Shown: positions 18,304 to 28,319 of the stretch, in pieces
Layout of the letters: every line of letters starts with the position of its first letter
How positions within the stretch are numbered: the first letter of the stretch is position 1
Origin: Myxococcota bacterium
GTDB lineage: Bacteria; Myxococcota_A; Polyangia; Nannocystales; Nannocystaceae
Direction: 5' to 3'
Assembly (NCBI GenBank): GCA_039028615.1
Contig: JBCCHT010000017.1
Location: 96,001 to 160,000 of the forward strand
DNA: 64,000 bases
Made by a program: the position numbers and the translations under genes
Notes under the pieces: generated by a model
Database searches by the model: none
Told to the model about the DNA's origin: nothing
The model's input: the letters and a program-made list of their open reading frames with translations, nothing else

Positions 18304-19035
18304 ATGGGCCACCGCGACGACCAGTACTGGGCGGAGTTTTTCGGGATGGCGCCCGAGGACTGGAGCAGCCGCGGCGTGTCGTTTCGGCCTCATGTGCGGC
18401 TCGCGGGGTTTCGCGGGCTGTGGTGCTTTCGCCGGGCCCAGCGGGTCGTGGTGTCTGCACCACCCGCGTGGGTGAGCACGCTGCGACAGCGATGGGGTCG
18501 GTGGGACCTCGATCGCTTGCTGGACCCGTCGGCGTTGCAAGACTCGCTCGGAGACGACTGCGAGCGGTGCATCGGCCCCGCCTTTCAGGGCTGCCTCGAG
18601 GTCGAGCCTCGTCCCGAGCCCCCGTCGCCCCACGTGCGGCCCGTGACCGCGGCCGACCGGGCCGCCATCGAGAACTTCGAACGACGATGCGGCGCCGAGG
18701 CATGGAGCACGAGCAGCCTGCAAGACGCCACCGCCTTTGCCCACGTCTATGCCGACGGTCCGACGATCACCGCGATGGGCGGCCTCCGGGGCAAAGGCGA
18801 GGGCGTGGGTGATCTGTGTGTCCTCACCGATCCGCACCACCGAGGCCAGGGGCGAGCGACCGCTGCTCTGTCGGCGGTGACGCGCGCCGCCGTGGAGCAT
18901 GGAACCCACGTCCTGTACCAGACGCTCGAGGCCAACGTCGCCGCCGTACGCCTCGCGTTCGCCCTCGGCTTCACCCGCTACGCCAACCACGTCGCGGTTC
19001 GACTCCGACGCGACCGACCCGGCGACACCGCCTAG
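18304..19035 (+). CDS. GNAT family N-acetyltransferase
   Basis: VLTDPHHRGQGRA acetyl-CoA motif A and NVAAVRLAFALGF. Confidence 0.8.
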   Translation: MGHRDDQYWAEFFGMAPEDWSSRGVSFRPHVRLAGFRGLWCFRRAQRVVVSAPPAWVSTLRQRWGRWDLDRLLDPSALQDSLGDDCERCIGPAFQGCLEVEPRPEPPSPHVRPVTAADRAAIENFERRCGAEAWSTSSLQDATAFAHVYADGPTITAMGGLRGKGEGVGDLCVLTDPHHRGQGRATAALSAVTRAAVEHGTHVLYQTLEANVAAVRLAFALGFTRYANHVAVRLRRDRPGDTA

Positions 19036-20228
19036 CGGGTCCAGTCGAGCGGGGCGGGAGGGTTGTCCACCGCCACATCGCCGAAGTTGTGCACCGTATC
19101 GAACGTGGCCGGGATGACCGGGGCCCCCGTTCGATCGATGAAGCCGGCCTTGTCCGTGTCGTTGTCGAAGTAGATGGCGCGATCGAAGTGGAAGTCGAGG
19201 GCCCGGAACTCCAGCTCCAGGACCACCGCCCCTTCGCGATCGATGTAGGTCGTTCCCCCTCCGCCCTCGCGGAGCACCGAAGCCCAGCCCTCGGAGAACG
19301 AGCGAACGGCGAAGAACTGCGGCTCGAGGATGACCCGCCCCGTAGTGTCGAGGAGACCCCAGCGCTCACCGACCTTGACGAACATGCGTTCTTCGGAGGC
19401 ATCGGTGATCTCGTCGTACTTCTGCTCCACGACGAAGCGGCCCGTCTTCTCGATCACGCCCACGTGGGCGCCGGGGAGGCCCGCCCACGCCACGCCATCG
19501 TGGAAGTTCCCGCAGGCGTCGTAGCGAACCGGGATGGCGACGGTGCCATCGGGCGTGTACCAACCACACTGGCCCTCGGCGTTTTGGGCACACGCGAGGC
19601 CATCGAAGAACCGGCACAGCTGCTTGAACTCCCCGCGGGGCCAGCTCACGACCCACTTCCCGGTCGAGGTATCGAGCCACCCGAGCGAGGGCTCCCCGTC
19701 CGCCATGCCCACCGCGACGACCCGCCCTTCACGAACGTTACCGACTTCTTCGAAGTCCTTGCCGACCTGGGTGCCGTCGAGCCTCTCGAGGTGCTGCCCC
19801 ATCATCCCCCGCACCGACACCACGCCCTCGCGGGCGTGAACGATGGACGGATAGTCGCGATCGGAGACTTCCTTGCCTTCGGCGTCGATGAGCCGGTACA
19901 GGCCGCCGACCGCGAAATCACGACCGTCGTCCTTCCGAAGCTCGCCCGCGTTCGCGATGACCATCGCCACCCCCGAAGAGAAGGGATACGCCATGTCCCA
20001 GGCCTGCTCACCGAAGGCCGGGCTGCCATCGAGCGTGATGAAGGTCGAGCGCTGGTCGACCCGCACCGCCGCGAGCACGGTGGGACCCGGCGCCTCCGCG
20101 GTCGGCGACTCGGACTCGACCACCACCGATTCGGGCGTCTTCGCGGCGGGCTCGGAGGAGCGCGAACACCCGACGAAGAGCGCCGCCGCGACGCCGAGCC
20201 CATGGATCGCCAGCCGGAGGACACGCAT
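19032..20228 (-). CDS. WG-repeat lipoprotein
   Basis: FVGC lipobox. Repeats such as GFIDRTG..VIP..FD, WGLLDTTG and FSEGWA. Confidence 0.85.
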   Translation of the reverse strand: MRVLRLAIHGLGVAAALFVGCSRSSEPAAKTPESVVVESESPTAEAPGPTVLAAVRVDQRSTFITLDGSPAFGEQAWDMAYPFSSGVAMVIANAGELRKDDGRDFAVGGLYRLIDAEGKEVSDRDYPSIVHAREGVVSVRGMMGQHLERLDGTQVGKDFEEVGNVREGRVVAVGMADGEPSLGWLDTSTGKWVVSWPRGEFKQLCRFFDGLACAQNAEGQCGWYTPDGTVAIPVRYDACGNFHDGVAWAGLPGAHVGVIEKTGRFVVEQKYDEITDASEERMFVKVGERWGLLDTTGRVILEPQFFAVRSFSEGWASVLREGGGGTTYIDREGAVVLELEFRALDFHFDRAIYFDNDTDKAGFIDRTGAPVIPATFDTVHNFGDVAVDNPPAPLDWTR

Positions 20229-20369
20229 GGCCGCAGCCTAGCTCGGGCCTCTCGGAACGCCAATCCGAACCGTCCCACGGCAAGATAGGCCGGTTTCGCC
20301 CTCGACCCCTCCGCCAAGCTCCCCATCGCCGTGTCATCGACTGCGCCCCGCGGGTCAATGGGCTGGGTG

Positions 20370-22097
20370 ATGACCCGTTTTCGAGCCCTCGAATCGAGCG
20401 AGCAGCGCTGGAGCCAGACCCGAGCCCGCGTGTTGGCCGTGTCGACGCTCGTGCTCGCAATCGCGTGCGGAGACGACAGCCAAGCGCCGATGATGGACTC
20501 CGACGAGACCGGCACCGAGGGCACGAGTGCGGGCCTCGAGAGCACCGACGAAGGCATCGCCGACAGCAGCGACGGCTCGAACGACGAGAGCAGCAGCGGG
20601 GGCCCGGCCGAGCCCGAGTACGGACCGTCCTACGCCGTCGTCGTCAGCTCGGGGCCCTCTCTTCCGGTCCTGCAGGTCATCGACGTGACCGAGCCGGGCG
20701 TCGTGCCGGAGCTTCATACCCTGGTCGAACGCACCGCGCCCGACGAGGCGATCCGTGGCGCACTCCAGACCAACACGTGGTCGGCCTACGCGGTCCGCAA
20801 CGGCTTCGACCATCGGCTGGTGCTGCACGATCTCGTCGCGGAGCCCCTGGGGCCCGTGATCGAGGTCGGCGGCCTCCCGGCGGGTGCCCCCACCTTGCAC
20901 ATGGACGAGGCTCGCACCCTCTTGGCCGTGACCGTGGCCGAGTCCGCGGGGCAAGCCGGCGAGGGCTTCATCGTCGACCTCGAGGGCGACCCCAGCACCG
21001 CCGTGCCCCTGCCCGACGCCCCCGATCGCCTCTCGCTGAGGCTGTCGCCCGATGCCCGGTGGCTGTGGGGTTTCGGCAACGACGGCGACCTGCCCGGGCA
21101 GGCATGGGTGGCCCCGATCGTCGACGGTACCCCCGAGCCGTTCACCGCCTTGACCGCCTTCACCGAGCAGGAGCAGACCTACGGTGCGTGGTCCGTGATG
21201 GGTCCCGACAGCGCGCTGTTCGGCGTGGGCCCCGGCAGCTCGGGCCTGGTGCACGCCGACGTCTCGGACTGGCCCGCCACCACGGTCACCGAGCTGTTCC
21301 CCATCGATCCCTCGAGCTGGGGCAACTGGGTCTTCGCTCGAGATGCCTCCCAGGTGATGAAGCTCGACGGCCCTCCCGGCGCCCGCGACTTTCACTTCGA
21401 CGCCGAGCTCGTCTCCGTCGTCGACGGCGTTCCGCAACCGGTGATCGAAATCGATCTTCCGAGCGCCTCGATTCACGAAGCGTTCATCACCCCCGACGGT
21501 GCCTTCGCCTTCTTCACCACCGTGTACCAGGCCGGCCTCGACCAAGTGCAGGTCGCGTGGCTCCACGGCCCCGACCCCGGCACCCCGCAGCCCATCGGCA
21601 CCGTGCCCTACAGTTTTGTGCTTCAGCCCGATCCGGTCCTGCTGCTCGACGGCTGGGCGGTGTGGATCGCGGGCGTCGGCGGCCTGCAGGGTGTGTCGAT
21701 CGACGGCGACACGCTCAGCGCCGCCCAGCAGCTGACGCCGATGAGCGACGTCGTGAGCTCGGTCGACGTCATCGGCCAGCGCGTGTTCTATTCGGTCAGC
21801 GATCCCGCGGGCGCCCACGTGCCCCAGGCCCTGTGGATGCTCGACCTTTCCGGTAGCGAGCCCTCGGAGCCGGTCGCGGTACCGCACCCGCTACCGAAGG
21901 GCATGTCGGCCACGACGGGGTACGCATCGCCGTCGCAGGACCAGTTCTTCTACGGGACCTTCGAATCGGGCGGACCGGGGCAGCTGAGTAACCGGGGCCT
22001 GTGGAGCCGGCACGCCGACACGGCCGGGAGCGAGATGCTGCTGCTCGAGAGCACCGACCTGTGGGGGTTCAACGTCCTGTCGCCGCCGCTTCGGTGA
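20370..22097 (+). CDS. Lipoprotein, predicted beta-propeller (TolB-like repeats)
   Basis: AIACGDD lipobox, acidic linker, LSPDAR/ITPDG-type repeats. Confidence 0.7.
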   Translation: MTRFRALESSEQRWSQTRARVLAVSTLVLAIACGDDSQAPMMDSDETGTEGTSAGLESTDEGIADSSDGSNDESSSGGPAEPEYGPSYAVVVSSGPSLPVLQVIDVTEPGVVPELHTLVERTAPDEAIRGALQTNTWSAYAVRNGFDHRLVLHDLVAEPLGPVIEVGGLPAGAPTLHMDEARTLLAVTVAESAGQAGEGFIVDLEGDPSTAVPLPDAPDRLSLRLSPDARWLWGFGNDGDLPGQAWVAPIVDGTPEPFTALTAFTEQEQTYGAWSVMGPDSALFGVGPGSSGLVHADVSDWPATTVTELFPIDPSSWGNWVFARDASQVMKLDGPPGARDFHFDAELVSVVDGVPQPVIEIDLPSASIHEAFITPDGAFAFFTTVYQAGLDQVQVAWLHGPDPGTPQPIGTVPYSFVLQPDPVLLLDGWAVWIAGVGGLQGVSIDGDTLSAAQQLTPMSDVVSSVDVIGQRVFYSVSDPAGAHVPQALWMLDLSGSEPSEPVAVPHPLPKGMSATTGYASPSQDQFFYGTFESGGPGQLSNRGLWSRHADTAGSEMLLLESTDLWGFNVLSPPLR

Positions 22098-22115
22098 CGA
22101 CTGAGCCACAAACGA

Positions 22116-22148
22116 ACGAACCCGACGGTCTCCGACCGTCGGGTTCGT
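22116..22148. terminator. Hairpin between convergent genes, probable bidirectional terminator
   Basis: Perfect 15-bp inverted repeat ACGAACCCGACGGTC-tcc-GACCGTCGGGTTCGT. Confidence 0.75.
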
Positions 22149-22187
22149 GTTCGAGGGAGGTCAGCCTCCCTCGCTCCTACGCCGCGC

Positions 22188-23933
22188 CTACCAGCGGTAG
22201 GTCAGCAACAGCCGCAGGTCGCGGAGGTTCTGGATCCCGACCTGTCCCTGCGCTTCGTTCGGCTCGATCTGCCGGTCACGCCAGATCAGCGTCGTGTAGA
22301 ACACGTTGCGCCACAGGTAGACGTGGGCCGCGACACGGTACTGCAGCTCGCGCAGCTGACGACGCAAGTCCGAGCCGAGCTCGGCGGGGGGATCTTCGAA
22401 TTCGGTGGTGAGGTACTGACCGAAGTCGGCGGCGACCATGAGCCGCTTTTTGATCGGCAGCACGCCGAGCTGGGCGTTGTAGGCGAACTGGTAGTTCTTG
22501 AAGTTGAGCTCCCGCTTCGCGTAGCCCTCGGCCAGCAAGATCAACCGCCGCCAGCGGACCACCGTCTGGATGTTGGCGGCGGGATAGCGCTCCTGCGCCC
22601 GCTGGTCGTACTTGGCACCCACGGCCACCGCGACGGTGGTCGGAGCGGGCGTATAGAGGAAGGGCGAGTCCCAGCGGCTGTAGTAGCCGACGATGTTCAT
22701 CCAGCTCTGCGCACCCACCGACCAGGTGTAGTTGCGGTTGTCGTCGGGGAAGAAGCGACCGCCGATGTTGCCGTTGAAGCGACCGGAGCCGCCGCCGATG
22801 AAGGTGCGGTAGAGGAACTTGCCCTTCTTGTCGAGCGGACCGCCCACCTCGACGGCAGCACCGTTGCCCTGCTCGAAGGCGTTGTAGACGTAGAACGCCG
22901 GGTCGGCGAGCAGGCGCTTGTGCACCGAGCGAACGAGCTCGAGGGAGAGGCCACCGCCGCCGGAGTTGACGTTGAGGTAGTGCCCCTTCTTGCCCAGGGG
23001 AACCTGGAAGAGGGCGAAGGTCATGCGGGGCGTTCGCTCGGCCCGCATGGAGAGCAGGAAGAACGAGTTCTGGATGAAGGGCATCTGCCCCAGCACCCGC
23101 ATCTGGATCGAGCTGAACTGAGTGTCGAAGCGCTCGAACTCGCCGTCGTTGCGCTGGGCCTCGGCGTCGTTCTGGATGACGGCGCTCTGCTCGAGACGGG
23201 CCACGACGGAGAAGCGGAAGTCGCCCTCGCCCTGGCAGACGGTCACCGCGGTGTCGATGCGACAGCCGAGGTCGTTGCAGTCGATGTTGCCGTCGCCGTC
23301 GTTGTCGATGCCGTCGGAGCAGAAGTAGTTGTTGCGCTCACCGTCCGCGTCGCCGCCCACGCCGAGCAAGTCGTCGGGGGTCTGGCCGGGCTCGAGGCCC
23401 ACGGAGCTACCGTCGGTGACGACCTTGGTGCCGCCGGTCGTGGTGGTCTTGGTGTCGCCGCCGGAGGTGCTGGGCGCGGGACCAGCGAGGTCCCAGGAGC
23501 CCTTGCAGGCGTCGGTCTTGCCGCAGTCGAAGTCGTCGCAGTCGACGTAGCCGTCGGAGTCGTTGTCGACCCAGTCGCTGCATCGCGCGTCGTTGTACTC
23601 CTCCTCGCCGTCGGGCTGGCAGGCGGGGTCCTTCTTGCAGTCGGCGTCGCCGCAGTCGAAGACGAGGTCGCCGTCGTTGTCCTGGCCGTCGTCGCAGACC
23701 AGCTCCTTGGGGCGCGGGGTGTGCTGCGCGGGCGAGCTCTGGTCGGGAGCGCTCTGCTCCGGGCTCACCTGGGCGGGGGTGTCGGGCTCGAGCTCCACGG
23801 AGCCGAGGCCGAGCCCGGGACTCCACGGTGACGCATGAACCACGCCGGGCAGTAGCAGGGCGCACAGGCCCAGGCAGCTCAGCCACGAGAAGGGGTGCAG
23901 GGCACTTTGCCTCTGAATCATCGGTTCGTTCAC
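22188..23933 (-). CDS. Outer-membrane beta-barrel/porin-like protein with 3 N-terminal CxDxxDNDxDxxxDCxDxxC repeats
   Basis: Signal peptide, three Cys/Asp repeats, amphipathic beta strands, C-terminal beta-signal LRLLLTYRW. Start GTG 23933 or ATG 23921. Confidence 0.75.
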   Translation of the reverse strand: MNEPMIQRQSALHPFSWLSCLGLCALLLPGVVHASPWSPGLGLGSVELEPDTPAQVSPEQSAPDQSSPAQHTPRPKELVCDDGQDNDGDLVFDCGDADCKKDPACQPDGEEEYNDARCSDWVDNDSDGYVDCDDFDCGKTDACKGSWDLAGPAPSTSGGDTKTTTTGGTKVVTDGSSVGLEPGQTPDDLLGVGGDADGERNNYFCSDGIDNDGDGNIDCNDLGCRIDTAVTVCQGEGDFRFSVVARLEQSAVIQNDAEAQRNDGEFERFDTQFSSIQMRVLGQMPFIQNSFFLLSMRAERTPRMTFALFQVPLGKKGHYLNVNSGGGGLSLELVRSVHKRLLADPAFYVYNAFEQGNGAAVEVGGPLDKKGKFLYRTFIGGGSGRFNGNIGGRFFPDDNRNYTWSVGAQSWMNIVGYYSRWDSPFLYTPAPTTVAVAVGAKYDQRAQERYPAANIQTVVRWRRLILLAEGYAKRELNFKNYQFAYNAQLGVLPIKKRLMVAADFGQYLTTEFEDPPAELGSDLRRQLRELQYRVAAHVYLWRNVFYTTLIWRDRQIEPNEAQGQVGIQNLRDLRLLLTYRW

Positions 23934-26002
23934 TCCCGCCGTCCGGTCGCGCAGTACCCCAGCTCGGGGCAAACGGTGACCTCGGCGTTGTGGCTGCAAT
24001 CGAAGTCGTCGCAGTCGGTAAAGCCGTCGTTGTCGTTGTCCAGGCCGTCGGAGCAGCGCTGGTCGGTCTCGTCGTTGCTCAGGCCCAGGCTCTCCTGGCA
24101 GACCTGGCGCACGGCGACGTCGTCGTTCTGCGAGCAACCGAAGTCACCGCAGTCGATGAAGCCGTTGCCGTCGTTGTCGATGCCGTCGGTGCAGCTGGCG
24201 ACGTCGTCCTCGAGCACCGCCTCGCACAGCTCGATGAGCTCGGGATCCTCGGTCTGCGAGCACGAGAAGTCGGCGCAGTCGATGAACCCGTCGTCGTCGT
24301 TGTCGATGCCGTCGCTGCACTCCTCGACGCTGTCCTCGGAGGGACACAGGTCCTGGAGCTCGGGATCGGTGCTCATCGAGCACGAGAAGTCGGCGCAGTC
24401 GGCAAAGCCGTCCTCGTCGTTGTCCTCGCCGTCACTGCACTCGGCGACGGTGTCCTCGGCCCCCCCCGCGGGGTCGCCGGGGTTCTTGCCCCCGCCGCCG
24501 TGGATCGGCCCCTGCGGCAGCAGGGTCGCGGCCGAGCCGCACAGCTCCTGGAGGACGGGGTCGTCGCTCATCGAGCAGCCGAAGTCCTCGCAGTCGATGA
24601 AGCCGTTGCCGTCGTTGTCGATGTCGTCGTCGCAGGTCTCGGGGGTGTTCTCTTGCGGGCAGACGTCTTCGATGCCGGGGTCGTTGCTCTGCGAGCACGA
24701 GAAATCCATGCAGTCGATGAAGCCGTCGCCGTCGTTGTCGATGCCGTCGCTGCAGCTCTCGACGCTGGCCTCACAGGCGGCCAGCACGGCGGGGTCGCTG
24801 CTCTGCGAGCAGCCGAAGTCCTCGCAGTCGGTGAAGCCGTTGCCGTCGTTGTCGAGCCCATCGGTGCACTGCGACAGCGAGCTCTCCTCGCCGTTGCAGT
24901 GGGCCATGAAGTCGGCGCCGGGGTTCATCCCGCACTCGGGGTCGTCGCAGTCGAAGAACCCGTCGCCGTCGTTGTCGCGGCCGTCGGAGCAGTCGGCGAG
25001 GGTCTCTTCGAGATCGTCGCAGATGGTCAGGACGTCGGGGTCTTCGCTCTGCGAGCAGTCATCGTCTTCGCAGTCGATGAGGTTGTCGCCGTCGTTGTCC
25101 TGGCCGTCGCGGCAATCGTCGAAGGCGATCTCCTGACACAAGGAGAGCACCTCGGGGTCGTCGCTGCGCGAGCAGCCGTAGTCGGCGCAGTCGATGTAGC
25201 CGTCGAAGTCGTTGTCGAGCCCGTCGCGGCACGCGTCGGGGCCGGTCTCGGGCGGAGCGCAGGCTCGCGTGGCCGCACAGGACTGGTTGTCGTCGCGAGC
25301 CAAGACCGCGCAGCAGTGCTCGCCCACGAGGTCGGGATCGTCCTCGAGCCCCAGGGCCTCCAGCGCCGCGAGGTACTCGGGGCTGTCCTCGATGCACTCG
25401 AGGTCGCAGTCGTCCTCGCAATCGACCTTGCCGTCGCCGTCGTTGTCCTGGCCGTCGCCGCAGCTATCGTTGCCGCCCTCGGCACAGACGTCGACCAGCG
25501 GGCTGCGGCTGCAGCCGAAGTCGCCGCAGTCCATGAACCCGTTGGAGTCGTTGTCGATGCCGTCGCTGCACAGCTCGTTGGTGACCTCGCGCAGGCAGCC
25601 GGTCTCGAAGACGTCCTGGCACTTGCGGTCACCGCAGTCGAACTGACCGTTGAGGTCGTTGTCGACGCGGTCGGAGCACAGGGCGAGCTGATCGCTGCAA
25701 TCGCGCCGGGTCGAGCCGTCCTCGAGGGTGATGGTGGGGCAGCCGAAGGCCGGGTCCTCCGGGGTGTCCACGGGGAACTCGGGGACGATCTCGCCGCAGA
25801 CGGTGCTGAGCGTGAGGCAGTCGGGATCTTGGCAATCGATCAGGCAGTCGCCGTCGTTGTCGAGATCATCGGTGCACGAGAGCTCGTCGTTCTCGTAGCC
25901 GAGAACGGGAAATGGAGGCTCCTCGTAGCACGCGGCACCGATGCCGTACGCTGCGAGCAGGGGCAGGGCCATGCCCGAGAGCGCGCGCCTTATTTGAGAC
26001 AT
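23930..26002 (-). CDS. Lipoprotein with 14 Cys/Asp-rich putative Ca2+-binding repeats
   Basis: GAAC lipobox and 14 copies of CxD(G)xDNDx(D/N)GxxDCxDxxC. Confidence 0.85.
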   Translation of the reverse strand: MSQIRRALSGMALPLLAAYGIGAACYEEPPFPVLGYENDELSCTDDLDNDGDCLIDCQDPDCLTLSTVCGEIVPEFPVDTPEDPAFGCPTITLEDGSTRRDCSDQLALCSDRVDNDLNGQFDCGDRKCQDVFETGCLREVTNELCSDGIDNDSNGFMDCGDFGCSRSPLVDVCAEGGNDSCGDGQDNDGDGKVDCEDDCDLECIEDSPEYLAALEALGLEDDPDLVGEHCCAVLARDDNQSCAATRACAPPETGPDACRDGLDNDFDGYIDCADYGCSRSDDPEVLSLCQEIAFDDCRDGQDNDGDNLIDCEDDDCSQSEDPDVLTICDDLEETLADCSDGRDNDGDGFFDCDDPECGMNPGADFMAHCNGEESSLSQCTDGLDNDGNGFTDCEDFGCSQSSDPAVLAACEASVESCSDGIDNDGDGFIDCMDFSCSQSNDPGIEDVCPQENTPETCDDDIDNDGNGFIDCEDFGCSMSDDPVLQELCGSAATLLPQGPIHGGGGKNPGDPAGGAEDTVAECSDGEDNDEDGFADCADFSCSMSTDPELQDLCPSEDSVEECSDGIDNDDDGFIDCADFSCSQTEDPELIELCEAVLEDDVASCTDGIDNDGNGFIDCGDFGCSQNDDVAVRQVCQESLGLSNDETDQRCSDGLDNDNDGFTDCDDFDCSHNAEVTVCPELGYCATGRRE

Positions 26003-26970
26003 GCTGCGCGGCCCGTGCCGAAGCGCCGTTTGAAGTCGATGTGCACCATGCAGGAGCTGGGCTGGCCTTCGGCGTTGCCCAGGCGTCCCGACGACACGTA
26101 GCCCATCATGTGGCGCTGCATCTGCTCGCGCTGGTCGGGCGGGATGTCGCGGCCAATGTGGCGGTGCTCGGCGAACTCCTCGACCATGCGACGCAGCGCG
26201 GCGTCGTCGAGGGACTCGATGATGGCGGCCACCGCCGAGTCACCGCGCAGGGCCGCGATCACGTCGTCGACCATGGCCGGCTCGACGTCGTAGCGCATCT
26301 TGCAGACCTTGCGGCACTCCGAGTACTTGTTCTTGTGACGCCACTTCACCGAGTGACCGTCCTCGGTGGACACGAGCCGGTTGTAGGTGCCCTTGCCCTC
26401 GGTGTCTTCCTCGGCCGAGTGCAGCGAGGTGAGGATGAAGTCGGGCACGCCGTGCGACCAGATCCCGCGCCGGGCCTCCATGGCCTCGCGCTGCGCCGCG
26501 ACGTACTCGGGGCGCCCGGGCTCGTCGTCGATGGTCAGGGTGTGGGCCATGCCGCGGCGAATGAGGTCTTCGGCCAGCGTGGGGCAGTCGACGAGCATGC
26601 GGCCGTAGGTGTCGAGCGCCCCGTCGGTGGTGCACTCCCAGTAGCCCTTGCGCGCGTGCAGGGCCGACATCTTGGCGATGACGTAGAGCTCTTTTTCCGT
26701 CCAGCTGCCCCACTGGTGCACGGGGCCGTAGGACTCGAGCGTGTTGTAGCCCGCGAGGCGAGCCTTGGCGCCCTGCAGATCGCCGGACAGCACGCGGAAG
26801 CTGTCGCCGTCGTTGAAGGTCACCTGGACCAGCTCGCCGTTGAGCAGGACCTTGCTGCGGGGCTCGGCTGCGTCGGCCGGCCGCGGTGAGCTCAGAGTCA
26901 GGCCAACGAACAGGGCCAAGCCCAATCCGCTGCGCCGGGAGAGTCGACGAGTGTCGTCGTGCATTGCCAT
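25990..26970 (-). CDS. Secreted thermonuclease (staphylococcal nuclease family)
   Basis: AAGGAG RBS, signal peptide, NDGDSF, ARLAGYNTLE, DTYGRML and AMEARRGIW motifs. Confidence 0.85.
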   Translation of the reverse strand: MAMHDDTRRLSRRSGLGLALFVGLTLSSPRPADAAEPRSKVLLNGELVQVTFNDGDSFRVLSGDLQGAKARLAGYNTLESYGPVHQWGSWTEKELYVIAKMSALHARKGYWECTTDGALDTYGRMLVDCPTLAEDLIRRGMAHTLTIDDEPGRPEYVAAQREAMEARRGIWSHGVPDFILTSLHSAEEDTEGKGTYNRLVSTEDGHSVKWRHKNKYSECRKVCKMRYDVEPAMVDDVIAALRGDSAVAAIIESLDDAALRRMVEEFAEHRHIGRDIPPDQREQMQRHMMGYVSSGRLGNAEGQPSSCMVHIDFKRRFGTGRAACLK

Positions 26971-27275
26971 GCTCCTTTGGGAGCGGGCCGCACCGAGGTC
27001 CTCACGAGCGCACGCCCGCGGTCTCGGATTGCTTGCTTCCGCCCCTTGCACCGCGCGCATCATGGACGAAAGCGACCCGCGACAGCAAACCCCAAATCGC
27101 GCTCCGCGCGGCGGTGTGTCGTCGGGGCGTCGACGAGGTTACGTGGGGTGAAATCGCAATGATCTGCGATCACTGGCCATCGCCAGGCAAGCGCCATCGT
27201 AGGCCCCAGCCCCCAGTCTCGGGCGAGATCGGGCGTTTTGCCTCCCGGCCGCGGAGCCAGCGCGGACGCCAGAGA

Positions 27276-27686
27276 TCAGCCGTTGACGACCCCGTGGGGC
27301 ACCAGCTCGGCCAAATAGGGCGCTAGATACTCCACCGCCGACTCCCGCCGATGCACCACCCGGTAGGGATGCGCGGGGGACTTGAGCCGGAACATCACCC
27401 GGATCGCCCCGCGGACCATCGCCGAAGGAATGATGAGCGCCAACGCGGCCACGTGCGCATTCAGACGATCTTCGTTGGCCCGAGCAAACCGGTCGAACGA
27501 TTTGATCTCGGCCCACTCGAACCGAGACGTGTTCGTCATGTCGACCTGCATGCAAAACCGTTCGGCCCGATCGAGCGTCGCGCTCAACCCGGTCGCCACC
27601 TGCTGCACGGTCTCGGCATCGACGACCCGTGAGAAACGCAGGACGACCAACGGCCACGCACTCACGTCGACGAGCGTTCGAGTCAC
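27276..27686 (-). CDS. STAS/SpoIIAA-like (STAS/SEC14) small protein, paralog 1
   Basis: VDVSAWPLVV...IIPSAMVRGAIR...YLAPYL. GGGAG RBS. Confidence 0.7.
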   Translation of the reverse strand: MTRTLVDVSAWPLVVLRFSRVVDAETVQQVATGLSATLDRAERFCMQVDMTNTSRFEWAEIKSFDRFARANEDRLNAHVAALALIIPSAMVRGAIRVMFRLKSPAHPYRVVHRRESAVEYLAPYLAELVPHGVVNG

Positions 27687-27716
27687 GACGACTCCCTCGC
27701 TCTCGCTCGGCCGAGC

Positions 27717-28142
27717 CTACCCATTGGCGGCAGCCCGGGGGCTCAGCTCGGAGAGATACGGTGCGATGTACTCGAGCGCGGCATCTCGCTCGTGCACGAC
27801 TCGGTACGGATGCCCGGGCGCCTTGAGCTTGAACAACACCCGAATTGCCCCGCGCACCATCGCCGACGGAATGATGAGCGCGAGCGCGGCGACCTGCGAG
27901 TCGAGGCGCTCTCCGTTGGCCCGAGCAAAAGCGTCGAAGACTTTGATCTCCGACCATTCGAACCGAATCGTCGCCGTCATGTCGACCACGACGCAAAAAC
28001 GTTGCGCCCGATCGAGCCCCGCCACCAGACCAGCCACGATGGCCCGCGCCGCATGGGCATCGACGATCTTCGGACCCCGTACGACGAGCGTAGGCCAAGC
28101 ACTCTCGTCGACGAAGTCTCGGGGCAAAGAGCCTTCCGACAC
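27717..28142 (-). CDS. STAS/SpoIIAA-like small protein, paralog 2
   Basis: VDESAWPTLV...IIPSAMVRGAIR...YIAPYL. Confidence 0.7.
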   Translation of the reverse strand: MSEGSLPRDFVDESAWPTLVVRGPKIVDAHAARAIVAGLVAGLDRAQRFCVVVDMTATIRFEWSEIKVFDAFARANGERLDSQVAALALIIPSAMVRGAIRVLFKLKAPGHPYRVVHERDAALEYIAPYLSELSPRAAANG

Positions 28143-28319
28143 GACTTCAGGCTATCAGCTGACACCCGACAGAAGATCACCAACGTCGTCATCAATTCGG
28201 TCCACTTCGGCGACTCGCGCCCTCCATGCATGCATGTACGAACAAGCCGACACCATCACATCTAGCGATTCGTCAGTCGGTGTCGCACTGCATCGCAGTT
28301 GGTGAAGCGCTCGAACGAA

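Noticed and set aside
23828..26101. Long plus-strand ORFs and periodic DNA repeats (possible CRISPR or repeat array)
   Set aside because: They are antisense shadows of the Cys/Asp repeat lipoprotein. The repeats are degenerate at synonymous positions, and there are no cas genes.
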